Notes: generated by a model from the sequence alone, not told the origin. Shown: positions 22,841 through 52,249, counted from the first letter of the stretch. The stretch: 64,000 nucleotides of DNA from the human T2T-CHM13v2.0 reference genome, Homo sapiens (GCF_009914755.1 NC_060943.1), one strand, 5' to 3'. Made by a program: numbers and translations.

Positions 22841-22937
22841 CTTGTAAGCCACTCTGGCCGGACACTTCTTCCCCAGACCCAGGGGCGGAGACATGTGTCT
22901 CAGCATCTGATACATGTCCAGGTAAGGCATGCGGCCC
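22841..22937 (-). CDS. CACNA1A: Mutually exclusive exon 37b (97 nt, EFb): [32 protein letters not shown]
   Basis: ccag|GGGC ... AAG|gtagac; paralogous to the exon at 24106-24202 with the same length and phase. Confidence 0.96.
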
Positions 22938-23073
22938 CTGGCAGCACCGAAAATGAAAAAAACAAAAACAAAAACAAAAAAACAAAACGGGAATGGGAAC
23001 AGAGAACCAAAGGAAGAGAGGTGGGGAGAAACAGAAGAAAGAAAAAAGAAATCCACACGAGCCGAAAAAATAG

Positions 23074-23661
<588 letters not shown>

Positions 23662-24105
23662 TGAGGCTGGTCTCTGAGGGGGCCTAGGTGGGGAGCAGGG
23701 GCCAGTGCCAGGGAGGGGAGGAGGACTAGGGGCTTTGGGAGGTGAGGGGTGGAGGGGGAGAGAGTGGAGGTGATGGTTGGGGGAGAAATGCAAAGTTACA
23801 ATCCCCCAGGGGATGTATCTGATTTGGGGTGCCGTGGAGACCCCAGGATGGGCAGCTTCAGCTAAGAGCAAGCAAAGATGGCTGAAGGCTGAAGGGAAGG
23901 AGGAAATATGTTCCATGCTTTATCGAGTCTACATGACTGCATTCTGTTGGCTAAGAGAGTTTTCTAGTTTAATGCAAGAAAGAGAGATGGCTCTGTTTTT
24001 TTAGAGAGAGAGAGATATATATATATATATATGAAATATATATATTGAAGAACCCCAAGCCACACTCATTCCATGGATGCTAGCAGGTTTTAGTGGAAGT
24101 CAAAC

Positions 24106-24202
24106 CTTGCAAGCAACCCTATGAGGACATTTCTTGCCTAAGCCGAGAGGGGGAGATATTACTCGTAATAAACTGTACATATCCTTATAATGAATCCGAC
24201 CG
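24106..24202 (-). CDS. CACNA1A: Mutually exclusive exon 37a (97 nt, EFa): [32 protein letters not shown]
   Basis: tcag|CGGT ... AAG|gtttga; consensus branch point CACTAAC at 24229-24223. Confidence 0.96.
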
Positions 24203-25486
24203 CTGAAAGGAGAAGAAAGGGGGTTAGTGCAGGCAATGGGTTCACACGGGCTCCCTGGGCACACAGCGAGGTCATGATGCCCGAGGCTGGGGTGTCCCTG
24301 GCTTGAAGGAGTGGGAGAGACTGGGGACAAGTGAAGGTCCCCAGTACATTCCCAGACACTGGGGAGACCCAGGGGTGTAGGATGTCAGTCGAGTTCGGGA
24401 CTGCAGGGCACCTCCCCTGGGGCTCTCTCTGCATCTGCCTCCTCCACAGTCTACATGGGCTACAGGGGTGGGGGGGGCTTGTGGAATAGAGGCCTTGGGG
24501 ACAGCATCCAATTGCTGTGACCTAAAATCAAAAGAGGAAGAGTTAGGAACCAGCCAAAGCCCAGCCCCAGACCCACGGCTCTCCCCAGCCTCTCGGTCTC
24601 ATGGAGTACTTGTTTGAGGCTATGGGAATAGCCAAGACCACCTCCTGCCCACCTTCCTCGTGACGGCCTCCTCTCTGGTGCTGAGGCCAGAGGAAGATGG
24701 GGCTTAGGCTGCTGAGGGCCCCCCAGTAATGCTTCTTCAGGCCCCAAGACCAGCCTGAACTAAATCCTCAGTTAGTGGCTGGTGGGTTCCAGGTATTCAG
24801 ATAAAGCCTCTGAGTGTCCTTCAAGGCTTGGTGTTGGGTGGGCACTCAATACACGTGCACAAGGTGGAACCCACCCTCTGAAACCATTGCCCGTCAGTGG
24901 AGAGGGACCCCTCTGGTGTCTACCCAGATGGGAGCGCCCACTCCCTTTGTGGCCACAAAGATGCATGGGCCCCTGAGGCTCTGCGTCCTCCCCTGGCCTG
25001 TATGTCCTCTCACTCCCAGGTTCACGGGTCCCAGTGGGAGCTGAGTTCTGCTACTCTGATGTTGCTGCCAATCCTGTCTGCCAAGGGTAGGCCAGCCCTC
25101 CTCCCCACACTCTCAAGAGAACTGAGGCTGGGATGCTGTTGGTTTTCTCCCTGGAGCCTGGCTAATGCATCCTCACCATCTGGAGACTTCACAGTGAGAG
25201 ACAGGAGAGACTCGTAGGAGGAGAGGGCTCTTCAGGACATCTCATGGTTGACGCCCTCCCTCATTTCCCAGAAAGTCCAGGGTTTGGGCAGGGTTGGCAC
25301 CCTACGTGTTTAATCTGGGGTATGCAAGGGTGATGATTCTTATATCTTCTCTCCTGACTGAACCTGTGAGACCCCTGCTAGGACCCCAGGAGTTCAGTGC
25401 TCCAGAGTCTGGGGCCTGACCTAGCCCGTGTTCCAGTTCCAGGGAGAGGTGAGTATTGTGGCTGGAGGATTCGGGGTGACTTCTTA

Positions 25487-25819
<333 letters not shown>

Positions 25820-25855
25820 TCACTCACACAAGGAGGTCCAGTGAGAGAGAGATCA

Positions 25856-26718
<863 letters not shown>

Positions 26719-26734
26719 CTGAAATATTTCATTG

Positions 26735-26968
26735 AGTCTCAAATGGGGGAATTCTGGCCCCCACTCCCAACCCCACCCCCACCCCCTGGGGGCACCTGGC
26801 AATGTCCGGAGACATTTTTGGTTGTCACAACAGGAGGAACGGGTGGCGTGTGCTGCCAGCATCTGGTGGGGGGAGGACAGGGATGCTGCCATACACTGCA
26901 GTGCACATGATGGCCCCACCCCAAAGAATCAGCCACCCCCAAATGTCAACAGTGCTGAGTTTGAGACG
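26735..26968 (+). mobile_element. MER20-like hAT DNA transposon relic
   Basis: ggcaatgtccggagacatttttggttgtcacaa...cccaaatgtcaacagtgctgag. Confidence 0.8.
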
Positions 26969-27097
26969 CTCAGGGTCACCTGATCCCAGGCTGGTTCAGA
27001 GAAGCCTTGGAGGGAACAAGCCTTCGACACAGCCACATTCCACAGAAACCCACTCCCCTGAAAGGAAGCCAGGCTTAGGGAGCCCAGACGGCCCTCA

Positions 27098-27283
<186 letters not shown>

Positions 27284-27609
27284 TCAGAGACTCGGACACC
27301 CAGCCCTGACTGGGTACCAACGCCTCCCCAGGAGGTGGAGCACACACGTTGAGCACTTGGGCTCTGGAGCTGGCCAGGCAAGCCCCAGGTGGACCACCTC
27401 CTTTTACTGGGAGCTGAGAGAAGGGAATTCACATTCTTGGCTGTGCACTGAAGTCCACAGAGAGCTTTGAAAAAATACCAATGCCCGTGCCCCACCCCAG
27501 CAGACTTGGATTCAGTTGGTCTAGGGTGGGATTTGAGGACACTGATATGTTTTTTTCTTTTCTTTTCCTTCTCTCTCTCTTTCTTTTCCTTTCTTTTCTC
27601 TCTCTCTCT

Positions 27610-29854
<2,245 letters not shown>

Positions 29855-30086
29855 TCAAGCCTCACGGTCTGTAAGCCTGTTTTCTTATTTGTCGGATAGG
29901 GCTGCCAAGAATCCCTTCCTCACAGGGTGGTCAGGAAGATTCAGAGATAATGCCTGGAAAATGACCTTGATGACTATGTCCCAGGGCCCTCTGCTTCTGC
30001 CCTGCTAGGATTCCTGGGCCCCCCACGACACCCATTTCCAGCCTCACGGGAAAAGAAGGATAAGAGCACATCTGGCCACCCCCACA

Positions 30087-30260
30087 CCAGAAAAGGAGGA
30101 GGAGGGCACGCCCCCTATCAGAAGAGAAGGCCGGCACGTCCCCTACCGGAAGAGAAGGGCACGCCCCCTACCGGAAAAGAAGGGTGAGGGCGCGCCCCTG
30201 CCAGAAGAGAAGGAGGAGGGCACGTCTTGCATTGGAAGAGGAGGGTACATCCTCTATGGG
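30087..30260. repeat. Imperfect 25-30 bp tandem repeat (about 5 units) resembling the exon 34 3' end
   Basis: Unit ccRgaaRagaagg...gggcacgccccta. Confidence 0.75.
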
Positions 30261-30327
30261 AACAGAAGGATGAAGGCAGGCACCCCACCCCACGGAAACA
30301 GAATTATCAGAGCAGGTCCCCTTCTCA

Positions 30328-30724
<397 letters not shown>

Positions 30725-30922
30725 TCAGCCGCACTGTCTTCCTCCCTTGTCCCAGTGCTCTGCCCCACTGGGTTGGGTGGCCATATGCCACGTGCCAGAG
30801 TCCTTCCAGGGCTGGTGGGCATCTCTGGGGGCTCTAGGATGAGGCCCTTACAGCTCTGAAGACACACCAGGGACAGGAAGTTTGACAACAGCCTTGGAGA
30901 TAACAGATTCTCTGCACGACTA

Positions 30923-31186
<264 letters not shown>

Positions 31187-32334
31187 TCAGAGCTGTCACC
31201 ACTCACAGAGGCCCCTACATGAAGCCAACCAACAGGAAAAAAGCAAGCCAGACCCCAAATAAGGAGGGAGAGAGAAAGCACTATTAATGCAATGATGCAG
31301 AGGAAAAACTCGAAAAAGGAATAATGTTGGGAGAGAGAGGGTGGGAGGGAGGAAAAGGCATCAACTCAAAAGCATAAGCCCTCCCTGCCAGCCCCACCCA
31401 CAATGGGGAAAAGAAAAGAAAAAGAAAGGAGGAAAAAGGAACGGGGATGGGGAAGAAATAACAAAAGAACAAGAAAAAGAAAATATATCCGAATCATCCA
31501 ATCAGGAAAAAAATCGAGATGGTTTTTGTTTCTCCCAACAACCAAATGCACTGAGACGAAAGGACACAAGCCGGTCAAGTTGCGGAATCTATCATACGTG
31601 TACGATGCACAAACACCAGGGCGGGGGTGGGGGTGGAGGTCGCCAGCACAGTCAGGCCTGGTGGACATGTGCGGGTTCCGAGGGCATGTTACGCTCCGGG
31701 CCAGAAATGCATCTGTCACGGGACTCACCGGGCACCCTGCCCTGCCCTGCCCTGCCGAGCTGCCCACCCGCTCCTGCCCGCCCTGACCTCACCCCACGGC
31801 CAAGAGGAGCAGCGGCTCGAGCCAATTGGGAGAAGCGGAAGAGCATCTTTTCTTACCCCCTTGGCGAGCGGGAATGGGGAGGACGGGAGGGAGCTGGGAC
31901 TGTTCGGCTGCAGGGTGAGTCCTCGCTGCCCGCTGAGTCGGAGAAGATGCATTTGGGGCCCTTTTCCCCCCTCTCAGGGATGGCTTCTCAGCTTCTGGGG
32001 CTGGGTGGAGTAGCACGGGACCAGGCCTGCAGGAAGCAGGAAGCACTCAGCTCCCATGGGTGGGTGAGCTCAGAAATCAGCCCGGGCCCACCAAGGGGCG
32101 GGTGCTGGGGGCCGGGAGGTGGGGCCATCCCTGCCCCCAGGACCTCCCTGGGTGGCCACTGCCTCTGCTCAAAAACCCCCTGTCTAGTCACTGCCTCTGC
32201 CTCCTCCCACCCAAGCTAGAAGAACCAGGGGGCCAGAGAGTTGGAGAGTCAGGGAGGAGACCAGCTAGAGTTAAGTGGCCATTGTGGGGCTTCAAGGGAC
32301 CTTGGTGGGGGGGGTGGGACTCTCGAAGTCACGA

Positions 32335-32615
32335 GTGGGCCAAATCTAGCTAATAAAACTGTTTTGTTGGGCCCGAGCAGTGTTTTTTCATTTGTCCTTG
32401 TTTTTAATTAAAAATTATTGCCATTGTTTAAAAATCAAGAGATTTTGCCCACCAATCTGGCTTTCTGGCAACCCCAGGCCTGCTGCGATTGCTCCCTGGA
32501 AGCAGGCCACATGATCTCCAGTTTTCCAGGGTCCTCACGTTTTAGAAATGGCACTTGCTTTCCTGGTTGACTGGTGTCTGCCTGGCCCCCAGAGGCATTT
32601 GAGTTTGAGACCCCA
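32335..32615 (-). mobile_element. hAT-Charlie (MER102-like) relic
   Basis: Terminal ...ggcatttgagtttgagacccc; family name from recall. Confidence 0.5.
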
Positions 32616-34004
32616 GCCTCAGGCAGACATGGAAACCCTCCTTCGCTGGCCAGTACCCAGCAGGGTGAAGGCAGGAGGAGTAGAGGGTCTCTCCACACTA
32701 AGGGAAGGGGCTTAATCAGACTTGTTCTATGGGATTTGTAGGATTTGCTACAGGCCACGTAGCAAGATTTAACTTGGTCTAACCTTCACCCCCCAAATGG
32801 CACAGGGTGACCATACAGTCACAGCCTCCCTCCTGTTTCAAAAGTGTCCTAGTTTGGGTGACATGGGCATCCTACTTGGTGGCTTCCAGAGGGCTTTCTG
32901 GCTGCCAGATCTGTGTCTTGTGCTGGCTTTGGCCTGGGAGCTGAGAGGCAAGGACTGGAGTTCAAGGAATTTCTGAGGCCTCTGGGTTTGATGGCAATGT
33001 CTAGGATGCTCTCTGGGACACATCAGTGCGTCCTTAGGCCTCTAGGATGGGGAAGGGGGCTGGGGGATCCTACCCTGACCACACTGGGCTCAAGTGCTGT
33101 GAGAATGTCTCCAGTGCCTCGAACAAGCCCCAAACCCAGCTTGGCTAACAGAGTCACTCTCTGTGCCCTGCTGCCCTGACCCCCATCCCTGCCTGGCCAC
33201 CCAGCTCCACCTGGGGATGGGGCCGATGGCTCAGGTATCCCCAGCCCCCTCCCGTTCAACCCCAGAGTACAAGCCATCCCTTTCATGGGGCGGATCATAA
33301 CATGTGGACTCGGCCAGGCATGCGAAGGCAGGCGGACCCTGGAAGCAGCCTCAGGAGGGGGGTTTGGAGGAGAGCAGGGGAAGCTTGCAACCATGCAAAA
33401 AAGCCAGGGATCTGGCAGGGAGATGCGTGCAGAAAACATGCTTCCCTTCTTGGAGCCAAGTGGGGGAGGAGACACATGAGGCAGGTAGGGGTGGAGACGG
33501 GAAGGGTTTGGGGCAGTGGGGGAAGGGTACTAGTCTGCCCTCATCCACCCTCCATCTCTTCCTGCATCAGTACCAATTCTTTCCACTGCCCCCAGAACTT
33601 CTGACAAGTTCCCTCTTCCTGCCTTCCACATTTCAATCCATGGCTTGGGAGGTGCAGCTTCCTCTCTTCAACACCTCCCCTGAACTTCCTGGCTAGAATG
33701 TGAAGGGGGTGGGACACAGCCCCTGGAAGACATGAGGACAGCGTCCTTGTGGTCTTTTCTTTTCCAGTGCTGTGCTCAGATGTTCCTCAAGTGCTCAGAA
33801 GGATATGGAGACCACCCACCTAAGGGCTCCAGAAAAGTCCTACTACTTGTAGACCTCAGCTCCAAGCTGCAGCCCCCACAACACCTGCCTATCTGACTTA
33901 TTTCGGGATGTCCTAAAGGCACCTCAAACTTGCTATGCCCACACCTATTCTCTTCCCCCAACCTGGTCCTTTCCTTGCACTCGCTCACCTCTATCACCCA
34001 GTAT

Positions 34005-35580
<1,576 letters not shown>

Positions 35581-35629
35581 GAGCGAGAGAGAGAGAGAAT
35601 TGGAGAATGAGTGAGAAAAAGAGAAGAGG

Positions 35630-36272
35630 TCATGACTATGTGCAGTGTCTGTACATGCAGTGACTGTGTGTTCAGTGTGTGGGTGCATAGACTGTGTGTG
35701 CAGTGACTGTGTGTGTATAGCGACTGTGTGTTCAATGTGTGAATGCAGACTGTGTGTGCATGCATAGTGGCTCTGTGTGCAGTGACTGTGTGTGCAGTGT
35801 GTGTGCATAGTGACTGTGTGCAGTGACTGTGTTTGCATAGTGACAGTGTGTGCAGTGTATGTGTGCACAGTGACTGTGCAGTGTGTGTCCATAGTGACTA
35901 CATGCAGTGCCAGTGTGTGTACATAGTGACTGTGCACAGTGTGTGTGCATAGTGGTGTGTGCAGTGTGTGCATAGTGACTGTGTGTCCAGTGTCTGCGTG
36001 CAGTGACTGTGTGTGCGCAGTGACTGTGTGTGTGCAGTGTGTGTGCAGTGTCTGCGCAGTGACTGTGTGTGTGGATAGTGACTGTGTGTGCAGTGTCTGT
36101 GTGCAGTGACTGTGTGTGCATAGTGACTGTGTGCAGTGACTGCAGTGACTGCGTGCAGTGTCTGTGTGTGTGCAGTGACTGTGTGCACAGTGTGTGCGCA
36201 GTGACTGAGTGTGTGCACAGTGACTGTGTGTGCAGTGTCTGTGTGCAGTGACTGTGTGACTGCGTGTGCACG
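35630..36272. repeat. Degenerate minisatellite (GTGTGCAGTGACT / GTGCATAGTGACT)n, about 640 bp
   Basis: Direct inspection; source of the His/Thr-rich spurious ORFs. Confidence 0.92.
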
Positions 36273-36937
36273 TACAGTTCAAGGCTCCAGGAGAGGGCCT
36301 CAGTGGGCCAGCCCCACATGAAGCTACCAGATCCAAGTCTGGCACTTCTGAGTTCCTCTGCCTGAGAGTCTTTGCCAGCACACTGCCTGGCCTTCAGGTC
36401 TCCTTTATCAGACTTGGAGAGTCAAGTCTCTGCTGGTCAAGGCCAAAGATCTTGTGGGCTTGAGATGGAGGATTGGGGACAGCAGGATGGAGAGAGCTGG
36501 AGGGGCGAGGAGACAGTTGGCAGCTTTCCTGGGGCCTGGGGTCCATGGAGCTGAATGGGGGACAGGAGTGGTGAGAGGTGGCTGGGAGTGGATTTGCCTC
36601 TATTGTCTCTGAGTGTAGGGGATGTGTGTGCGGGATGGGGCAAGAGAGAGGTGCTGCGCTGGGAAAACCCATCCCTTTCTCTGCAAAAGACGCAAACCAC
36701 CCCAAACAGAAAACCCCCATTCAGAACCCGATAAAAACAGAGAGACAGAGTCTACAGGAAGTGGGAGGCACAGGGGCTGGGGGCGGGAGGACAGACAGAC
36801 AGAGGAGAGCGGAGGGTTGAGGAGAGCGTCAGGCATCCCACGTTGGAGAGGCAGGGTGTGGCATGCAATGCCGACGCGAGGAGATGCGTTCACAGTTAAT
36901 GTAAGGCATTTAGACTTCAGAAAGAAGTAAGACCAAC

Positions 36938-36943
36938 CGGATT
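36938..36943 (-). CDS. CACNA1A: Microexon 31a/31* (6 nt, AATCCG = Asn-Pro) in the IVS3-S4 linker
   Basis: catctag|AATCCG|gttggt; phase 0-0; matches the known +/-NP splice that alters omega-agatoxin IVA sensitivity. Confidence 0.93.
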
Positions 36944-37699
36944 CTAGATGCAGATGTTGAAGATGAGGGGGAGCGGGCGGGCGGGGGCAGTTGGGGAGGC
37001 GTGTTCAGCATTTTTTAGGTTGATTTGTAACCAGTGCCAAAAAACCAATGGGTTTCGGTTCCCGGGCGGGGAGTGGGGGTGGTGGTGGCGGTGGGTTGGG
37101 AGATAAGTCATTGGTGTATGAACACACAGACCATGTCATGGATGAACAAATGAATTTCATAGTGCATTTTGATTGGATGAGTTTTTCAGACGGCGTTGCG
37201 CCAATATACAGTTTTAAGAGCAGGCATGAAAAGAGACAAGACAAGAAACACAGTCATTATCCATTGCACACAGGGCAAACCCACATCACCCCAGCCACTT
37301 GGGGGCAGCAGCTGAGACAGCACTGGTTAGTACTGCCGCATGCCCTCTGCCCCCTAAACCCCAGGGACCTGCCCGCCCAAGCATCTGGCATTTCCTGTCT
37401 CAGCCTGGCCAAGCCCTGGCCTCAGAACTAGTGGGCTTACCTGGGAGGCAGAAAGGGGCAACTGAGACCTCCTTGCCTGCCAGGACATGCCTCTCCCTAC
37501 TCCAGGTTGGGAGTTAATTGTCCCAGAAGGACCCAAACACCCACCCCCTATCTTTCCCTCAAATTGACTGTAACTCAGGGCTGGCTAACAAAACTACACA
37601 CCCATTCACAATAACAATAACAACAGCAGTAATAGTTAACAACCACCATTTTCAAACTCCTGGTTTCCTGGCAGGTTCTGTGCCAAGCACTTCACGTTT

Positions 37700-39300
<1,601 letters not shown>

Positions 39301-40340
39301 TGAGGCAACACCCTCTTCCTCAGGCCCGACCACACCCAGATCTATTCTCCTGACTTCCCTGCCTGCTCTGAGCATCATATTCAGCTTGCTTCCGGTTTAC
39401 TTTGGGCCATGGGAGGCTCTGGCAGGAGATAAGGGATGAGGGGAGAGAAAGGTTGGGGTGTTTCTCCCCTATTGCTCTCTGCCTGCTTGGGCCCTGGTCT
39501 CTGTCTCTCCACATTGACAGGACAGCTCCCACTTGGTGGCTTCTCCTGGCCTCCGGCTCAGGTTCCCTCCCCACTTCAGCACCTGGGCAGGTGACAGCTC
39601 CCCACGGTGGGTGGTCGCTGGACACCTTGCCACCCTTGTGGGTACCCTTCCCTTCCCCTCCACCAGTGAGGTCTGCATTTGGGTGCCTTCAGTTGAACCC
39701 TCCGAGGGAATTCTCTTACGAGCTGAGACCAAGACCTCTACCCTGAGCCAATCCACGTAAACCACTTGGCACAGTTCCCTGGCACACAGCAAGGCTGCGA
39801 TTCTCGTGAGCTATTGTTATTTTTATTGTTAGTAAGATGACATTGGTATCACCCTTGACCCTTGGCTTTGACACCCTTTTTTGACCATTGCTTCCCCCTG
39901 CAAGGATCTTCTACCCTCCCCCCAATCTCCTGAGGGACCCCAAGCCTGGGCTCATTGGCAGATGGCCAAGGAGAGGGTCTAGGACAGGACCTCTGGGGCC
40001 CTGAGTCTTCCAGAAAAGGAGAAGGGCAATGTGGCCTGTGGGGCCACCACAGAGAGGTCCAGAGACTCCCATGTTGAGAGTCTCCCAGGCCCGGGGCTAG
40101 AGGAGGGAAGACACCCTGGGGACCCCTCTATGGCCCTGGGAGTGGTGTCCCCACACTGGCCTGAGGGCTGTGGCTCTCTCCTGCCCACTAACTAGGAGAG
40201 GGTTGGTTCAAACAGAATTGACTTGAAACCCATTCTTTCTGGGCTCCTGACATAGGGTGGTGTTTGGGAGCCGGCTCAGCTTTCAGAGCTTTTGAGTGTC
40301 TCAGTTCCCTCAGTGTACTCATCTGCATTATTAATTCCTA

Positions 40341-40682
<342 letters not shown>

Positions 40683-41028
40683 CTAGAATGGGGACCCACA
40701 AGACAGAGATGCCAACAGAGGGCTTGGTTCCCGGCCCCCTAGGCTGGCCGGGGGCATGTTAGAGGCACAGTTGCCCATCAGCGGAGTGCCCGGGACAGTT
40801 ATGGTTGTTCGAAGGGCTGCGGTAAAGGCTGTTCGACATCATCTGTGCTGAGTCTCCCTCCCTGGGAACTCCTGGGGGCCTTCCCATGATTGGCCTGGCC
40901 CCAGAGGGGGCCTCCAGACCCTGCTTCAGCTCCACAGGGCTGGGGCTGCTCTTCAGAGCTGTGGCCTGTCTCTCCAGCATTTTTGAGGGCTCCCGAGACC
41001 CCAGGGGCTTTATAAATGACATCACTGA

Positions 41029-48150
<7,122 letters not shown>

Positions 48151-48165
48151 TGATGACTCCCATCA

Positions 48166-48513
<348 letters not shown>

Positions 48514-48728
48514 CTAGGGGAAAGAAGCAGGAGTAGCAGGGGTCAGCGAGCAGGGGTGGGAAGTGGGAAGTGGGGAGGCAGCTTCATGGCTGTTCTCCAG
48601 GCAACACTCTAGCCCCAGGCAAGGTCTGAGCAACCTCACTGGTAGGAGGCACAGTTCAGGAAAGCCCCGCTCTCCGCCGGACTAGGCTCTTCTTTTCACA
48701 TCCAAAAAAACAAAAACCTCCCCCAACC

Positions 48729-50073
<1,345 letters not shown>

Positions 50074-50438
50074 CCCCTCATTTCATTAATCAAACATTTA
50101 TAGAGAGCTTCTTGTTCCGTCTGAGCCAGATCCTTGTTGGCCTCTAGGAATTCAGGGCTGAGGTCATCATAAATGGGTGGGGGACACTGTCATGCAACCT
50201 GACGCAGATTTTTGTGGCAGGCGACATAAAGATAGGATGCCTGCTAAGATGGGCACCTCAAGCAGTCTTGGGTGGTCAGGGAAGGCTTTCTGGAGGAAGA
50301 GGTCTGCAGGTACAGCTGGGAAGAAGAAGCTGGCCGGGGGAGTGGTGGGAATAGTGTGTCAGGTAGAGGGAACAGCAGGAACAAAATCTCAGAGGTGATC
50401 CAGAGTGTGGTCTGTCTGGGAAACTGCAGATGGTTTCA

Positions 50439-50744
<306 letters not shown>

Positions 50745-51054
50745 CTAACTCGTCGCGGTTCTCAAGTGCTTCTGCTTGAGTCTCTGCCTCTCTTGCCCCC
50801 AGCCAGGATTCCTGGGCTCTCTCTTCCTTCTCACCATTGCTTTCTTATCCCAACAGCTACAGTTGCTTGAGATGTCACCAACTGCCAAAACTTGCACTGA
50901 CATTTCCCCATTATTGCATGGCTAATACAAACATGGGAAGTGGGTACTATCAATGGCCTCACTTTGCAGATCACCAAAATAGAGGCTTAGAAAGGTTAAA
51001 CCACTTGCCTGAGGTGACACAGCTACCGAGTGTGCCAAATCAAATTGAAGCCTA

Positions 51055-51420
51055 ATCCTTCTTCCCCTTCCTCCCTCCCTCGCTCCCTCCCTCCTTCCTT
51101 CCTTCCTCCCTCCTTCCTTCCCTCCCTCCCTCCTTCTCTCCCTCCCTCCCTCCTTCTCTCCCTCCCTCCTTCCCTCCCTCCTTCCCTCCCTCCTTCCCTC
51201 CCTCCTTTCCTTCCTTCCTCCCTCCCTCCTTCACTTTCCTTTTTCCTTCCTTCCCTTCATTCCTTCCACCCTTTCCCCTTTCTCCTTTCCTTTCTCTCTT
51301 CTTCCTTCTTTCCTTCGCTCCCTTTCTTTCTTCTTCATTCCTTCTTCCCTATCTCCTTCCCTCCCTCCCTCCTTTCTTTCTCTCTCTCATTTCCTTCCTT
51401 CCCTCCCTCCCTCCCTCCTT
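51055..51420. repeat. (CCCT/CCTT)n polypyrimidine tract, about 365 bp, followed by Alus (51420-51725, 51917-52218)
   Basis: Direct inspection. Confidence 0.92.
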
Positions 51421-52249
51421 CCTTTTTTTTTTTTTTTCTTTGACACGGGCTTGCTTTGTCACCCAGGCTGGAGTGCAGTGCAATCACAGCTCACTGCAGC
51501 CTTGACCTCCTGGACTCAAGTGATCCTCCCGCTTCAGCCTCCTGAGTAGCTGGGACTACAGGCGTGCACCACCACACCCAGCTAATTAAAACTTTTTTTT
51601 TTTAATCATAGAGATGGGGTCTCACTATGTTGCTCAGGCTGGTCTTGAACTTCCGGGCTCAAGCAATCCTCCTGCCTTGGCCTCCTAAAGTGTTAAGATT
51701 ACAGGCGTGAGCCACTGCGCCCAGCCCATTCTTTCTTACTGAATACTTTGCTGCGTCTTCTCCTTCTCTTTGAGGGAGAGAGAAGGAGGAATAGTGGTTA
51801 TTAAGTCTTAAGGGTCAAGGGAGCAGAGGATATATTCTAGGTCCTCTATTTAGCTTGGATGATGCCAGAGAGGCAAAGAGTCATGTCTATACTCTCTGGT
51901 AGACAGGGGACTGGATTTTCTTTCCTTTTCTTTTTTTGAGAGAGGGTCTTGCTCTGTTGCCCAGGCTGTAGTGCAGTGGCATAATGATAGCTCACTGCAG
52001 CCTCGAACTCCCAAGCTCAAGCATCCTCCCACCTCAGCCTCCCATGTTACTGGGGCTAAAGGTGTGCACCATCCTGCCTGGCTAATTTTTTTGATTTGTA
52101 GTAGAGATGGGGTCTTGCTATGTTGGCCAGGCTGGTCTCAAACTCCTGAGCTCAAGTGATCCTCCTGCCTCAGCTTCCCAAAATGTTGGGATTACAGGTG
52201 TGAGCCACCACACCTGGCTTGGCTTTTCATTCATAAATATTCACCACCC

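Noticed and set aside
31583-31591. tag-ATTCCG resembling a second NP microexon
   Set aside because: No GT donor follows.
31341-32219. 292-aa + strand ORF in intron 31
   Set aside because: Non-ATG start, purine-rich compositional bias, no recognisable domain.
39575-39601. REST/RE1-like half sites (TTCAGCACC ... TGACAGCTCC)
   Set aside because: Non-canonical spacing, mismatched right half, and probably within an old LTR.
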